Shown: positions 18,900 to 28,111 of the stretch, in pieces
Numbering within the stretch: the first letter of the stretch is position 1
Layout of the letters: each line of letters opens with the position of its first letter
NCBI GenBank assembly: GCA_937928685.1
Contig: CALGJU010000156.1
Coordinates: 1 to 58,090 of the forward strand
DNA from: an uncultured Granulosicoccaceae bacterium
GTDB taxonomy: Bacteria; Pseudomonadota; Gammaproteobacteria; Granulosicoccales; Granulosicoccaceae
Reading direction: 5' to 3'
Length of the DNA stretch: 58,090 nt
Translations under genes and position numbers: made by a program
The notes under the pieces: model-generated
What the model was told of the DNA's origin: nothing
Seen by the model: only the letters and a program-made list of their open reading frames with translations
The model's database searches: none

Positions 18900-21566
18900 A
18901 TGGGAAAAGCAATGGCAAATCCTCCAGATAAGAAAATTCCGGGCACGGACAAAATCAACCAGGCAACAAGCGATCTCACAAACCAGGCCGACGCATTAGC
19001 GAAAAAAGCCGCAGCAACTGCATCGGCGGCAAAAACATCTACCACAGACGCTGCGAAATCAGTCGTTACCGGCGGCACTGCAACGGGTGGAGCTGTGCCA
19101 CAGCCGGGCAACCGGGGTTCGGGGGGTAGACCTGCGATACCGGGTCAAAACGCTGCCCCGTCATCAGATACACCGCCGCCATTGCCAAAGACTGCAACTA
19201 CCACTAATACGTCAGCGCCTGCTACACCACCAGTGATTCCTGCTGATGCAGCGAAAAATACAACTAACACGGCTGCTGCAAACAGAGCTCAGCCGGCCCG
19301 ACCGCCGGTGGCCAGACCCGCCTCCGCCGCGCAGACTTCGAGCAGAACTGAAAGCCCCAGACCAAAACAATCAGCTTCCAGCGTGTCATCAAGTGAAACT
19401 GAAGTTCGTCGCAGCTCACTAGAGCGACCGGTCAGCGCTACAGACAACACCCACCGCTCGGCAGCGCAAAGAACTGCCCAAAGCATGGACGCAAACCGTC
19501 GTCCGATGCGCCGGGAGGGCTCAGGACGCCCTGCAGCAGACAGACCGCGATCGGCCCGACCGGGATCACGTCCACCTGCCCGGCCAGACACACGCCCCGT
19601 CTATCGTGATTCCCGCCCAAGACGTGCAATGGCTCCACCGCCAGGAGCACGGAAAGGCAGATACGTCGCTCCCGCCGCACGCGCTCGTCGCCCGGGCTAT
19701 GTTGTCCCACCGGCGGTAGCTGCTGATGGCGGCACTGCATGGGGCCCTTTGTTATTCGGGGTTTTGTTGCTGTTGGGGGTGCTGTGGTACGCGATCAAGC
19801 ACTACGCACCAATGATCAACGCCGATTTAACTACCCGCACTAACACCGCCTTGTCAGAAGCTGGCTACGATTCTGCTTCAGTCGAGATTGACGGAAGAAG
19901 TGCCATCCTCACTGGCAACGTTGACGCCCAACCTGATAGCGAGCGCGCCGAAGAGGTGGTTGCCAGCACTATTGGTGTACGTGATGTTGACAACCAACTG
20001 ACCGTCGGTACTACTGACACCGCACAAGTCGAACGCACAGAATCTAGCCTGACATTCTTTGCGACTGAGGCCGGAGTCAAGTTATCTGGCACAGTGTCCG
20101 ATCAGGAATACGCCACCAGAATAGAAACCACAGCCAAAGAGGCTTACGGAGAAGACCGTGTTAGCGGAAGTATCAAAGTTGATGCAAACACGACCAATCC
20201 GGGCTGGTGGCCAGCGGTTCAACAACTGACTCCAGACCTCAATGGTATTGAAGGTGGTTCTTTCTCCGTAATGAACGGCTCGCTGTTACTCACTGGATCT
20301 GCAAGCGACGAGCAAGCCAAAAGCGATATCGGAGCGAAAGCCGCGGAACTGCTAAACGGCCAACTCACTGTTGACAACAGAATTACCGTTCCAACAACCG
20401 CGGCCCCTGCACCGGCACCTCTGAAACCGGGCTTTGCAACAATCTACAACAGCCCTGATCGAATCGCACTCTATGGCAGCCTGCCTGCTGATAGTGCAGC
20501 GGCAATTGAAAGTGCTCTCGACAGCGCAGATAAACCGGTAGCGAGTTTTATAACTACAAGCGACGAGTTCGAAGCGCCTTCCTGGGCAGCCAGCCTCGGC
20601 GGATCATTGAACGCGATGCTGGACATCGAAAAAGCAAAAGTGAAAGTACAGCCTTCCGGAGACGTACTCATATCCGGCATCGCCACTTCTGATGACGCCA
20701 AGCAGACAGCCGGCGACAATGTATCTGCGTTGTTCCCCGATCAGTCCATTGACAACCGAATCGCGGTTCGAGTCCCGGCAGCGGCGCCAGCGCCACAACC
20801 AGCACCCGAGCCAGAGCCAGAACCAGAGGTTGCACCTGCGCCGTTTATGAAGCCTTTCGCAACAATAACGGACCTGGGCTCGAAGGTAACCATCATGGGT
20901 CTACTGCCAGCGGCCACCACCGAATCGATCACACGCGCCTTTGAGGGCGCTGGTCGGTCTGTTGTCACCAATGTCACCATCGATGAACGAGTTATGGCGC
21001 CTGTATGGGGCGATGCCATCACGCAATCGCTTGATACCCTGCGCGGCATTGAAAACGCTAAGATGGCTGTGTCATCAGCCGGCGATGTCACAATCAGCGG
21101 AATCTCTGCAAACGAAGGTGAACGCCAGCGCGCTGCGGACAATAGCCTGGCAGCGTTTGGCAACTCTGTGAGTTTGCGCAACGACATTACAGTCAAAGGC
21201 CCTGATATTAGCGAGCTGTTTGCACAGATCGATCTGGCAGCAATCCGGTTCCGTTCAAACAGTTCCGAATTGGATTCAGATAGCATCAGTATTCTGGATC
21301 AGGTTGCCGACGCGCTATTTCAAATACCAGATGCCACGGTGGCCATTTCAGGCCATACCGACGCAACCGGTAAAGATGAGCGCAATCGGGTACTGAGCGC
21401 TGAGCGGGCCGAACGGGTGAGAAGTTTCCTGATCGATCGCGGTATCAGCGGTGACAGAATGACATCACAGGGCTATGGTTCCAGCCAACCTATAGCTTCC
21501 AACAACACGGTTACCGGTCGGGCCCTAAATCGACGCATCGAATTTGGGTTCACCAACGGAGAATAG
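18900..21566 (+). CDS. Large inner-membrane-anchored BON-domain / OmpA-C-like peptidoglycan-binding protein
   Basis: The N-terminal approximately 290 aa are a Pro/Ala/Arg/Ser-rich low-complexity region. One TM helix follows (LLFGVLLLLGVLWYAI), then BON-like modules ending in the DNxLTV/DNRITV motif. The C-terminal OmpA domain reads RFRSNSSEL ... GHTDATG ... NRRIEF. The start could be ATG 18900, ATG 18912 or the track TTG at 18879. Confidence 0.85.
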   Translation: MGKAMANPPDKKIPGTDKINQATSDLTNQADALAKKAAATASAAKTSTTDAAKSVVTGGTATGGAVPQPGNRGSGGRPAIPGQNAAPSSDTPPPLPKTATTTNTSAPATPPVIPADAAKNTTNTAAANRAQPARPPVARPASAAQTSSRTESPRPKQSASSVSSSETEVRRSSLERPVSATDNTHRSAAQRTAQSMDANRRPMRREGSGRPAADRPRSARPGSRPPARPDTRPVYRDSRPRRAMAPPPGARKGRYVAPAARARRPGYVVPPAVAADGGTAWGPLLFGVLLLLGVLWYAIKHYAPMINADLTTRTNTALSEAGYDSASVEIDGRSAILTGNVDAQPDSERAEEVVASTIGVRDVDNQLTVGTTDTAQVERTESSLTFFATEAGVKLSGTVSDQEYATRIETTAKEAYGEDRVSGSIKVDANTTNPGWWPAVQQLTPDLNGIEGGSFSVMNGSLLLTGSASDEQAKSDIGAKAAELLNGQLTVDNRITVPTTAAPAPAPLKPGFATIYNSPDRIALYGSLPADSAAAIESALDSADKPVASFITTSDEFEAPSWAASLGGSLNAMLDIEKAKVKVQPSGDVLISGIATSDDAKQTAGDNVSALFPDQSIDNRIAVRVPAAAPAPQPAPEPEPEPEVAPAPFMKPFATITDLGSKVTIMGLLPAATTESITRAFEGAGRSVVTNVTIDERVMAPVWGDAITQSLDTLRGIENAKMAVSSAGDVTISGISANEGERQRAADNSLAAFGNSVSLRNDITVKGPDISELFAQIDLAAIRFRSNSSELDSDSISILDQVADALFQIPDATVAISGHTDATGKDERNRVLSAERAERVRSFLIDRGISGDRMTSQGYGSSQPIASNNTVTGRALNRRIEFGFTNGE

Positions 21567-21568
21567 AA

Positions 21569-24295
21569 ATGAATGTCATGGGCGAATTAGCTTTCATATT
21601 GGGTCTCACCGCTATCGCTGGAGCCATCATTGGTTGGTGTATCAGAAATTTCTTTTCTGGCGGTTCAGACAAAAGGGTCAGACAGAATTTCGCCCGTGAC
21701 ATTGATGATGCGATGAAAGATGCCGAGCATCTTCGGCACACACTCGACACAAAAAATCTGGAACTTCGCGATGCGAAGAACGAAGTGCAGCAGCTGCGCC
21801 GCAAGGATAGCTCGGTGGAGTCCGGTACTCGTGCGCAGGTAATCGAAATAAATGATCTGAAAAAAGAGCTTGCGACAACAAAAAAATCACTGCTTGAAAA
21901 CCAGTCTGAGTTCAATTCCTTCCGTACCGAAAAACAAAAGGAACAAAGTGAGCTTCGCAATGAGCTCTCTAAGTACACCGCTGGCGGGTCGGCCAGCAGT
22001 GAGCGATTAGCAGAAGCCACTGAAACTGTGGGTGCGCTGCGAAGTGCCGTTCGAGAGAACGATAAGGTCATTGAAAGCCTTAGAGCACGGGTAAAAGAAA
22101 CAGACTCTACCGTTGAGACCTTACGCAGCCAGTTGACGGCGGCAGAGTCAGGTCGCAGCAAAGTCGAAACAGTCACACTTGAATATGATTCCAAACTTGA
22201 AGAGCTAACAAAATCGCTAGAGACCGCCAGCGACACCGTTGAAAAACAAAAGCACGACTACGACCTGATGCTGGAAAACAAAAACGCAGACATCAAAACC
22301 CTGCATGCCAAACTTGAAACGCTTAGCGCCGAGAGCTCAACCATGAGAAGTCGCGAACATGACTTTAAAAAGAGCGAGAAGCAATTCAAGGAAACCGAGA
22401 GCAAAATTGCATCAGAAGTATCCGATCTAAAGCGTGTGATAGCTGACCGTGATGAAGCACTTACCAAGTCAAAGCAACAAGTCAGTGAACTCAACACACA
22501 AATCAAAGACATTAAGCTTCATGAGCAGAAGGAAGTTCAACGTCTGCAGTCAGAAATAAAAGACACGGCAACTACACGCTCAAAAATCAAGAGCAAAAGT
22601 GCAGAGGTCGCAGCACTCAATGACATGCTGAGAGACTCTGCCGGTAAGCGTGATGTGCTACAAAGGAGTGTTGACAAACTAAACACAACACTCACAGAGA
22701 AAGACAAGCGTATTCAATCGTTGCGCGAAGAGCTTGATGATGTGGCGGCAAGTCGCAACAAGACTTCTGCTCAACTTGGCGAACTGCAAGCACAAGGCAA
22801 TATTGCGCTTGAGAAACTGCAGCAAGACCTCAACCAACTTGCCGCTACTCGTGACGAATACAAAGCTCGTATCGATAGTCTTCAAAGTCAGGTTTCAGAA
22901 CTTCAGCAATCCAAAGAAAAGCAGCAACTCGAACTGACCAACAGCGCCAAGGCAGAACAAAGCAAACTCAAAGAAAACAGCGAGCAATTGTCAGCTAAAA
23001 ACCTGGCACTGCAAAACGAAATGAAGGCCCTGCAACACCAGCTTAAAACATTCCGTAGCGCCGGCGATGAATCGAAAACCCGCATTGAAAACATGCAGTC
23101 GCAGATATCAGAACTGACTCAATCAAAGGAGAACCAGCTACGTGAGCTGCGCACTCAGCTGACCACAAGTTCACAGGCAAATGAAACTAAGCTGAGAGAG
23201 TCGAATACGGAGATCGCCAAGCAAAATAACATGCTGCAAAATGATCTGAAAACGCTGCAGGCCAAACTTCACGATCAAACACGTACACTGGAAAGCCAGA
23301 AGCTGGAAGCCACCAAACAGCTGGAGATCAATCAAAGACTGACCAGCAAACTGCAAGATAAGGAAAGTCGGCTTGCTGACTTTCGCACCAGGCTGGTACG
23401 TGAAGAAAGTGAAAGCCAACGCCTCAATCGAGAGGTATCCGATACAGAGACACTGCGTTTAACTCTGACCGAGCGGGATGCAGAGCTTCGTAAAGCACAA
23501 ATTGCACTGCAAGATACTCAGCTATCCGGTGGACCAATGCAAAAAGTGCTGGAAGAACAAACCCGTAAAAATGATTCTTTGTTGGCCGCGATGCGCGAAC
23601 GTGATGAAGAGATATCACGACTCAACTCACAACTGACCAGCAACAGCCTTAAAAACAAACAGCAACAGTCCAGCATTACCCTTTTGACGCAAGAGAAAGA
23701 CTCTCAAAGCGAGCTGGTGCGGTCACTTGAAAAGCAGGCAGAAAACACCCTGCAGCTGCACACAAAAATTGCACAACAATCTACCGAACTGGAAGAGCTG
23801 AAAGCTCGACTGTATGAACGGGACAACCACCGCAGGACCGCGAGTGCTACTTCAAAATCGGCCACCGCTTCCACCAGCGCCAACAACCTGCAACCCAACA
23901 ACCTGCAGCAAGTTGAGACCCGATCTACTGGCGCCAAGCCACGCGTGTTTGTGCGAGCGGATACCGACACGGAAGCACTGACCGGTGCAACCGGTTATAC
24001 GTCAACACAAAGACCACAATTCACCAAAGACGGGCACCGGATACGCCGCGCGGATGGCACTGATGAGCTCACGTTGCTTCCAGGTGTCACGCAAACCATC
24101 GCGGGAGCGTTTGCCCGCAACGGAGTGACAGACTTTGAGCAAATATCACTATGGACCGATCGCGAAGTTGTCCACTATGCTGAGCGCGTAGGGGTTTCGG
24201 TGCAGCGAGCCGAACAGTACAACTGGCCGAGGGCAGCACGCAGCATACTAAAAGGCAGTTACAGCAAGAACGGTCAGGAGATCGGCAACTCGTGA
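21569..24295 (+). CDS. Membrane-anchored long coiled-coil protein with C-terminal helix-hairpin-helix-like domain
   Basis: Starts 3 nt after the upstream stop. An N-terminal TM helix (LAFILGLTAIAGAIIGW) is followed by approximately 750 aa of E/K/Q/L/S-rich heptad-like sequence. The C-terminal motif DELTLLPGVTQTIAGAFARNGVTDFEQISLW resembles the DDLxxIxGIGPxxExxLxxxGIxxFxQIAxW module. Confidence 0.8.
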   Translation: MNVMGELAFILGLTAIAGAIIGWCIRNFFSGGSDKRVRQNFARDIDDAMKDAEHLRHTLDTKNLELRDAKNEVQQLRRKDSSVESGTRAQVIEINDLKKELATTKKSLLENQSEFNSFRTEKQKEQSELRNELSKYTAGGSASSERLAEATETVGALRSAVRENDKVIESLRARVKETDSTVETLRSQLTAAESGRSKVETVTLEYDSKLEELTKSLETASDTVEKQKHDYDLMLENKNADIKTLHAKLETLSAESSTMRSREHDFKKSEKQFKETESKIASEVSDLKRVIADRDEALTKSKQQVSELNTQIKDIKLHEQKEVQRLQSEIKDTATTRSKIKSKSAEVAALNDMLRDSAGKRDVLQRSVDKLNTTLTEKDKRIQSLREELDDVAASRNKTSAQLGELQAQGNIALEKLQQDLNQLAATRDEYKARIDSLQSQVSELQQSKEKQQLELTNSAKAEQSKLKENSEQLSAKNLALQNEMKALQHQLKTFRSAGDESKTRIENMQSQISELTQSKENQLRELRTQLTTSSQANETKLRESNTEIAKQNNMLQNDLKTLQAKLHDQTRTLESQKLEATKQLEINQRLTSKLQDKESRLADFRTRLVREESESQRLNREVSDTETLRLTLTERDAELRKAQIALQDTQLSGGPMQKVLEEQTRKNDSLLAAMRERDEEISRLNSQLTSNSLKNKQQQSSITLLTQEKDSQSELVRSLEKQAENTLQLHTKIAQQSTELEELKARLYERDNHRRTASATSKSATASTSANNLQPNNLQQVETRSTGAKPRVFVRADTDTEALTGATGYTSTQRPQFTKDGHRIRRADGTDELTLLPGVTQTIAGAFARNGVTDFEQISLWTDREVVHYAERVGVSVQRAEQYNWPRAARSILKGSYSKNGQEIGNS

Positions 24296-24321
24296 CGAAA
24301 CACGCACTGACTTGAATACAT

Positions 24322-24350
24322 AAACCCGGCACCTGCCGGGTTTTTTGTTT
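24322..24350 (+). terminator. Rho-independent terminator
   Basis: AAACCCGGC-ACCT-GCCGGGTTT followed by TTTGTTT, located 27 nt after the coiled-coil gene stop. Confidence 0.85.
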
Positions 24351-24473
24351 CTGCAACACCACTACGCCATGCTGTCTGAGATCGGCAGTTTACAAGTCTA
24401 TGCTTGTCGCGCCACCTCATTCGCTCTTATAGTAGCGCCATCAGTAGCGCCATCACCGAACAGGAACCCCCGC

Positions 24474-25592
24474 ATGGTTAAAGTTAATTCGTGGAACGAA
24501 TTTGATCCACTGAAACACGTTATCGTCGGTCGTGCAGACCATACTTGCATTCCGCCCTCTGAACCGGCAACAGAAGCAAAGGTTCCGGAAGACAGCGATA
24601 TGCGTGGCATGTGGGGACCACGCCCACTGGAGACAGTCGAGAAGGCCAATGTTCAGCTCGATAACCTGGTAAAAGTCCTTGAGGGACGAGGCATTACTGT
24701 TGACCGCCCGACACCAATTCAGTGGAATCAGGCTGTGATCACCCCGGACTTCAGTACCGCATCAATGTTTGGCTGCATGCCACCTCGCGATGTACTGCTC
24801 ACCGTAGGCAATGAAATTTTAAGCGCGCCAATGTCATTTCGCTGCCGCTACTTTGAATACCTCGCCTATCACCCGTTGATGCAACGTTATTTTGACGAAG
24901 ATCCCAACTTCAAATGGGAGAGTGCCCCGCGACCCAGACTGTCTGACGATTCATACCAGGCCGGCTACTTTGACGAGATCACCATCGAAGAACGCTTAGA
25001 CCGAACAGCGGCATTGGATTTTGTAACCAAAGAGCACGAACCACTGTTTGATGCTGCAGATGTGATGCGGCTTGGCAAAGATCTCTTTTGCCAACATGGA
25101 CTCACAACCAACCGACGTGGCATGGAGTGGTTAAAGCGCCATTTTCCAGATCATCGAATACACTCGGTAAACTTTCCGGGTGACCCCTACCCTATTCATA
25201 TCGATGCGACGTTTGTGCCTTTAAGGCCCGGTCTAATTATCAATAACCCGAACCGCCCGTTACCGGATGCACAGCGTAAAATATTCAGCCAGAACGACTG
25301 GGAAATTATCGACGCGGCAACACCTGTACATAACTCACCGCCACCACTATGTTATTCAAGTGTGTGGCTCTCAATGAACTGTTTGGTGCTTGATCATAAG
25401 ACCGTCATCGTTGAGGCAAGCGAAACCAATCAGATGGATCAAATGGACAAACTCGGGATGGAAGTCATACCCATGCCATTTCGAGATGCTTATCCATTCG
25501 GTGGCGGCTTGCATTGTGCCACTGCCGATGTCCATCGTGAGGGAAGCTGTGAAGACTACTTTCCAAAATTAGCCAACGAAACGTTAGTGTAA
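24474..25592 (+). CDS. Amidinotransferase, glycine amidinotransferase (AGAT/GATM)-like
   Basis: From MVKVNSWNEFDPLKHVIVGR onwards it aligns by eye along its full length with vertebrate L-arginine:glycine amidinotransferase (NEWDPLEEVIVGR ... HIDATF ... GGGFHC). The catalytic Cys lies in GGGLHCAT. The track start at 24345 lies inside the upstream terminator. Confidence 0.88.
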   Translation: MVKVNSWNEFDPLKHVIVGRADHTCIPPSEPATEAKVPEDSDMRGMWGPRPLETVEKANVQLDNLVKVLEGRGITVDRPTPIQWNQAVITPDFSTASMFGCMPPRDVLLTVGNEILSAPMSFRCRYFEYLAYHPLMQRYFDEDPNFKWESAPRPRLSDDSYQAGYFDEITIEERLDRTAALDFVTKEHEPLFDAADVMRLGKDLFCQHGLTTNRRGMEWLKRHFPDHRIHSVNFPGDPYPIHIDATFVPLRPGLIINNPNRPLPDAQRKIFSQNDWEIIDAATPVHNSPPPLCYSSVWLSMNCLVLDHKTVIVEASETNQMDQMDKLGMEVIPMPFRDAYPFGGGLHCATADVHREGSCEDYFPKLANETLV

Positions 25593-25701
25593 ACACTCCT
25601 CGGGCAATCCAACTTAGCGGCGAGGCTTTTTACCTTCGCCGCTATTCTCCGCTGTCACGAGCGACAACCCCCACAGAGACAACAGACGTACACTGGTGTA
25701 G

Positions 25702-27765
25702 TTACGCAGATTCTATTTTGACAGCAGTGTCATGAAACACACCACCGCCATTGGGGAAACCAGGCTCAGCACTCACCAACGCATTCACCCCAACACCCTC
25801 CTCAAATGCAGAGTTAGGCCAGATACTTTCCATAATAACCACACCCGTCTGCACTCCTTCAAACGCTTTCACGTGAACACCTATATTCCCACAAGCACTG
25901 GTGACTCTGACCTTTTGTCCATCAGCAATAGATAACGACGTCAAGTCATCTTGATGGACCAATAATGTGGGCCGTTTTTCGCGCTTAACTGAAGTGGGCG
26001 TCTCTGTGAATGTAGTGTTTAGAAACTGCCTTGCGGGAGCTGCCACCAAACGGTATGGATAGCTATTAGATGACTCATCAGTGACATCCCAGTGATCTGG
26101 CATGGTCGGCATACGCTGGTAGTTCGGTCCGACCCGGCTCCAGTCCGGTGAAAAATGAAACTTCTTATCCGGAGTATCAAACCCGTTTAAAAAATTGCTG
26201 TCCTCAAAATCACGGGCAATATCCTGCCAGTGTTCTTTATACAAAGTCTCCGCATCATGTAAACCCGATGCCTTAAGTGCTTGATCACACAAGTCCCATT
26301 CGGTCATGGTAAAACCCGGGTGCTCAAGACCAAGCCTTGCAGCCAATTGACATAAGACTTGATGATTACTACGGCACTGCCCGGGAGGCTCTACAATTTT
26401 CCTGGTCATTTGCACATGCGTATGACCACCCGCGACATAAAGATCGTCATGCTCAAGGAACATAGTGGCGGGCAGTACAATATCTGCAAACTTAGCAGTG
26501 TCTGTCATAAACTGTTCGTGCACACAGACGAAAAGATCTTCCCTCAATAACCCTTTTATCACCTTATTCGATTCAGGTGCGACCACTGCGGGATTAGTAT
26601 TTTGAACAAACAATGCCTTGATAGGCGGACCATTCTGAAGATCTATCGGGTTACCGGTCAGTATGTCACCGATTCTGGACTGATCCAGCACTCTCACCTC
26701 TGTTGCCCGATCCAATCCTTCGATAAGCGTTTTATCAATATTGGAATACAACGCGCCGTTTGAATACAGGGCACCACCGCCACGCTGCTTCCACGCACCC
26801 GTGAGTGCTGGCAGGCAAGTGACTGCATGAACATTAACCGCTCCGTTGCGACTGCGGGAAAAGCCATAGCCAACGCGGATAAAACTCTTTCTATTCTCAC
26901 CATACAATCTGGCAAACGCGATGATTTCCTGCACGCTCAAGCCAGTAATATCCGCAGCCCATTGCGGCGTTTTTTCAGATAAATGCTTTTCAGTCACCAC
27001 TGAAAAGTCTGTGTACTTACTCAGATAGTCGCGATCTGCATAGCCCTCTTTGATCAATACATGCATTACCGCCGCGGCCAACGCCCCATCGGTGCCCGGG
27101 CGTAACATCAAATGCTGATCCGCCTGTTTTGCAGTACCTGTTTTATAAGGATCAACCACAACCAGTTTTGCACCGCGCTTTTTTGCAGTGGCAATATGGT
27201 GCATTAGATTCACTTGCGTGTTCACCGGGTTACCACCCCATACGACAATTAAATCGCTTTCGTCGACAAGCCTTGAATCAGCACCACGTTTTGCACCCAC
27301 CCCTACGTTCCAGCCTGCATCAGCCAGTGTGGTACAGAAGGTATTGTGCTGCTGCGACGTTGCAAGACAGTTTCGAAAACGATTTATACCATCACGTTGA
27401 ACTAATCCCATGGTGCCTGCATAGTGATACGGCCAAACCGCCTCAGCGCCATACTTCGCTATTATCGACCGCATCTTCTCTGCGACTATATCGAGCGCAT
27501 CGTCCCAGGCAATGGGTTCAAACTCACCATTGGCGGATTTTTTATTACTGCGGCGCAACGGTTGCGACAATCGATCAGGGTGATGAATGCGCTCGGCATA
27601 ACGAGCTACTTTTGCGCACACCACGCCCTGCGTGTATGAATTATCAGCGCCATACACACGGCCAATGGTATGACTGTCAATCTTCTCTACCTCAAGCGCA
27701 CAAGTGCTGGGGCAATCGTGCGGACAAGTAGAATGAAAGCGGGGTAGGCCTACCGGTGTATTCAT
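25702..27765 (-). CDS. Molybdopterin (bis-MGD) oxidoreductase family protein, cytoplasmic, with N-terminal 4Fe-4S domain
   Basis: 687 aa. An N-terminal CPHDCPSTC ... C motif is followed by molybdopterin oxidoreductase and C-terminal dinucleotide-binding beta-barrel regions. No Tat signal is present and the substrate is not deducible. Confidence 0.85.
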   Translation of the reverse strand: MNTPVGLPRFHSTCPHDCPSTCALEVEKIDSHTIGRVYGADNSYTQGVVCAKVARYAERIHHPDRLSQPLRRSNKKSANGEFEPIAWDDALDIVAEKMRSIIAKYGAEAVWPYHYAGTMGLVQRDGINRFRNCLATSQQHNTFCTTLADAGWNVGVGAKRGADSRLVDESDLIVVWGGNPVNTQVNLMHHIATAKKRGAKLVVVDPYKTGTAKQADQHLMLRPGTDGALAAAVMHVLIKEGYADRDYLSKYTDFSVVTEKHLSEKTPQWAADITGLSVQEIIAFARLYGENRKSFIRVGYGFSRSRNGAVNVHAVTCLPALTGAWKQRGGGALYSNGALYSNIDKTLIEGLDRATEVRVLDQSRIGDILTGNPIDLQNGPPIKALFVQNTNPAVVAPESNKVIKGLLREDLFVCVHEQFMTDTAKFADIVLPATMFLEHDDLYVAGGHTHVQMTRKIVEPPGQCRSNHQVLCQLAARLGLEHPGFTMTEWDLCDQALKASGLHDAETLYKEHWQDIARDFEDSNFLNGFDTPDKKFHFSPDWSRVGPNYQRMPTMPDHWDVTDESSNSYPYRLVAAPARQFLNTTFTETPTSVKREKRPTLLVHQDDLTSLSIADGQKVRVTSACGNIGVHVKAFEGVQTGVVIMESIWPNSAFEEGVGVNALVSAEPGFPNGGGVFHDTAVKIESA

Positions 27766-28111
27766 AGCCAGTTAAGTTCAAAGTAACCAAACAGGCCTGC
27801 CAGTATATGTCTGCACGGACGAACAAACCACTCGCCCACACCACACTGATCAATTTGGTTTCACTGAACCCATGCCAGTGCGATACTGTCAGCCCAACAC
27901 AATGGGTAACTATTCAGGCCACGCCTGTCGACTCCATGGACGCTGTCGTTCATGCTCAAATACACCTTTATAGTGCGCGCGAACTCCTACCCATGAATAT
28001 ACCCATGAATCAGACAACCCGACCCTGAAAAGCTACCCAAGACTGCAATAGCCTCAAAAATATGAATCACGTTTATTTCCTACTGAATAGTTATCACAAA
28101 AGCAGATTCAC

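Noticed and set aside
20741-22236. Long antisense ORFs (181 and 228 aa) opposite the BON/OmpA and coiled-coil genes
   Set aside because: These are shadow ORFs created by repetitive, codon-biased sense strands. Their translations are Ser/Ala/Arg-rich low complexity.
24345-24473. N-terminal 43-codon extension of the amidinotransferase ORF
   Set aside because: The extension starts inside the T-tract of the upstream rho-independent terminator. Similarity to AGAT begins at the internal Met (24474).
27129-27731. 200-aa plus-strand ORF inside the molybdopterin oxidoreductase gene
   Set aside because: It is antisense to a gene with strong family motifs, and its translation is His/Arg/Leu-rich and non-globular.
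25702-27765. Selenocysteine or a Tat signal in the molybdopterin oxidoreductase (formate-dehydrogenase-like possibility)
   Set aside because: The ORF has no in-frame TGA and no twin-arginine leader. It is probably a cytoplasmic Cys/Ser-ligated enzyme of unknown substrate.
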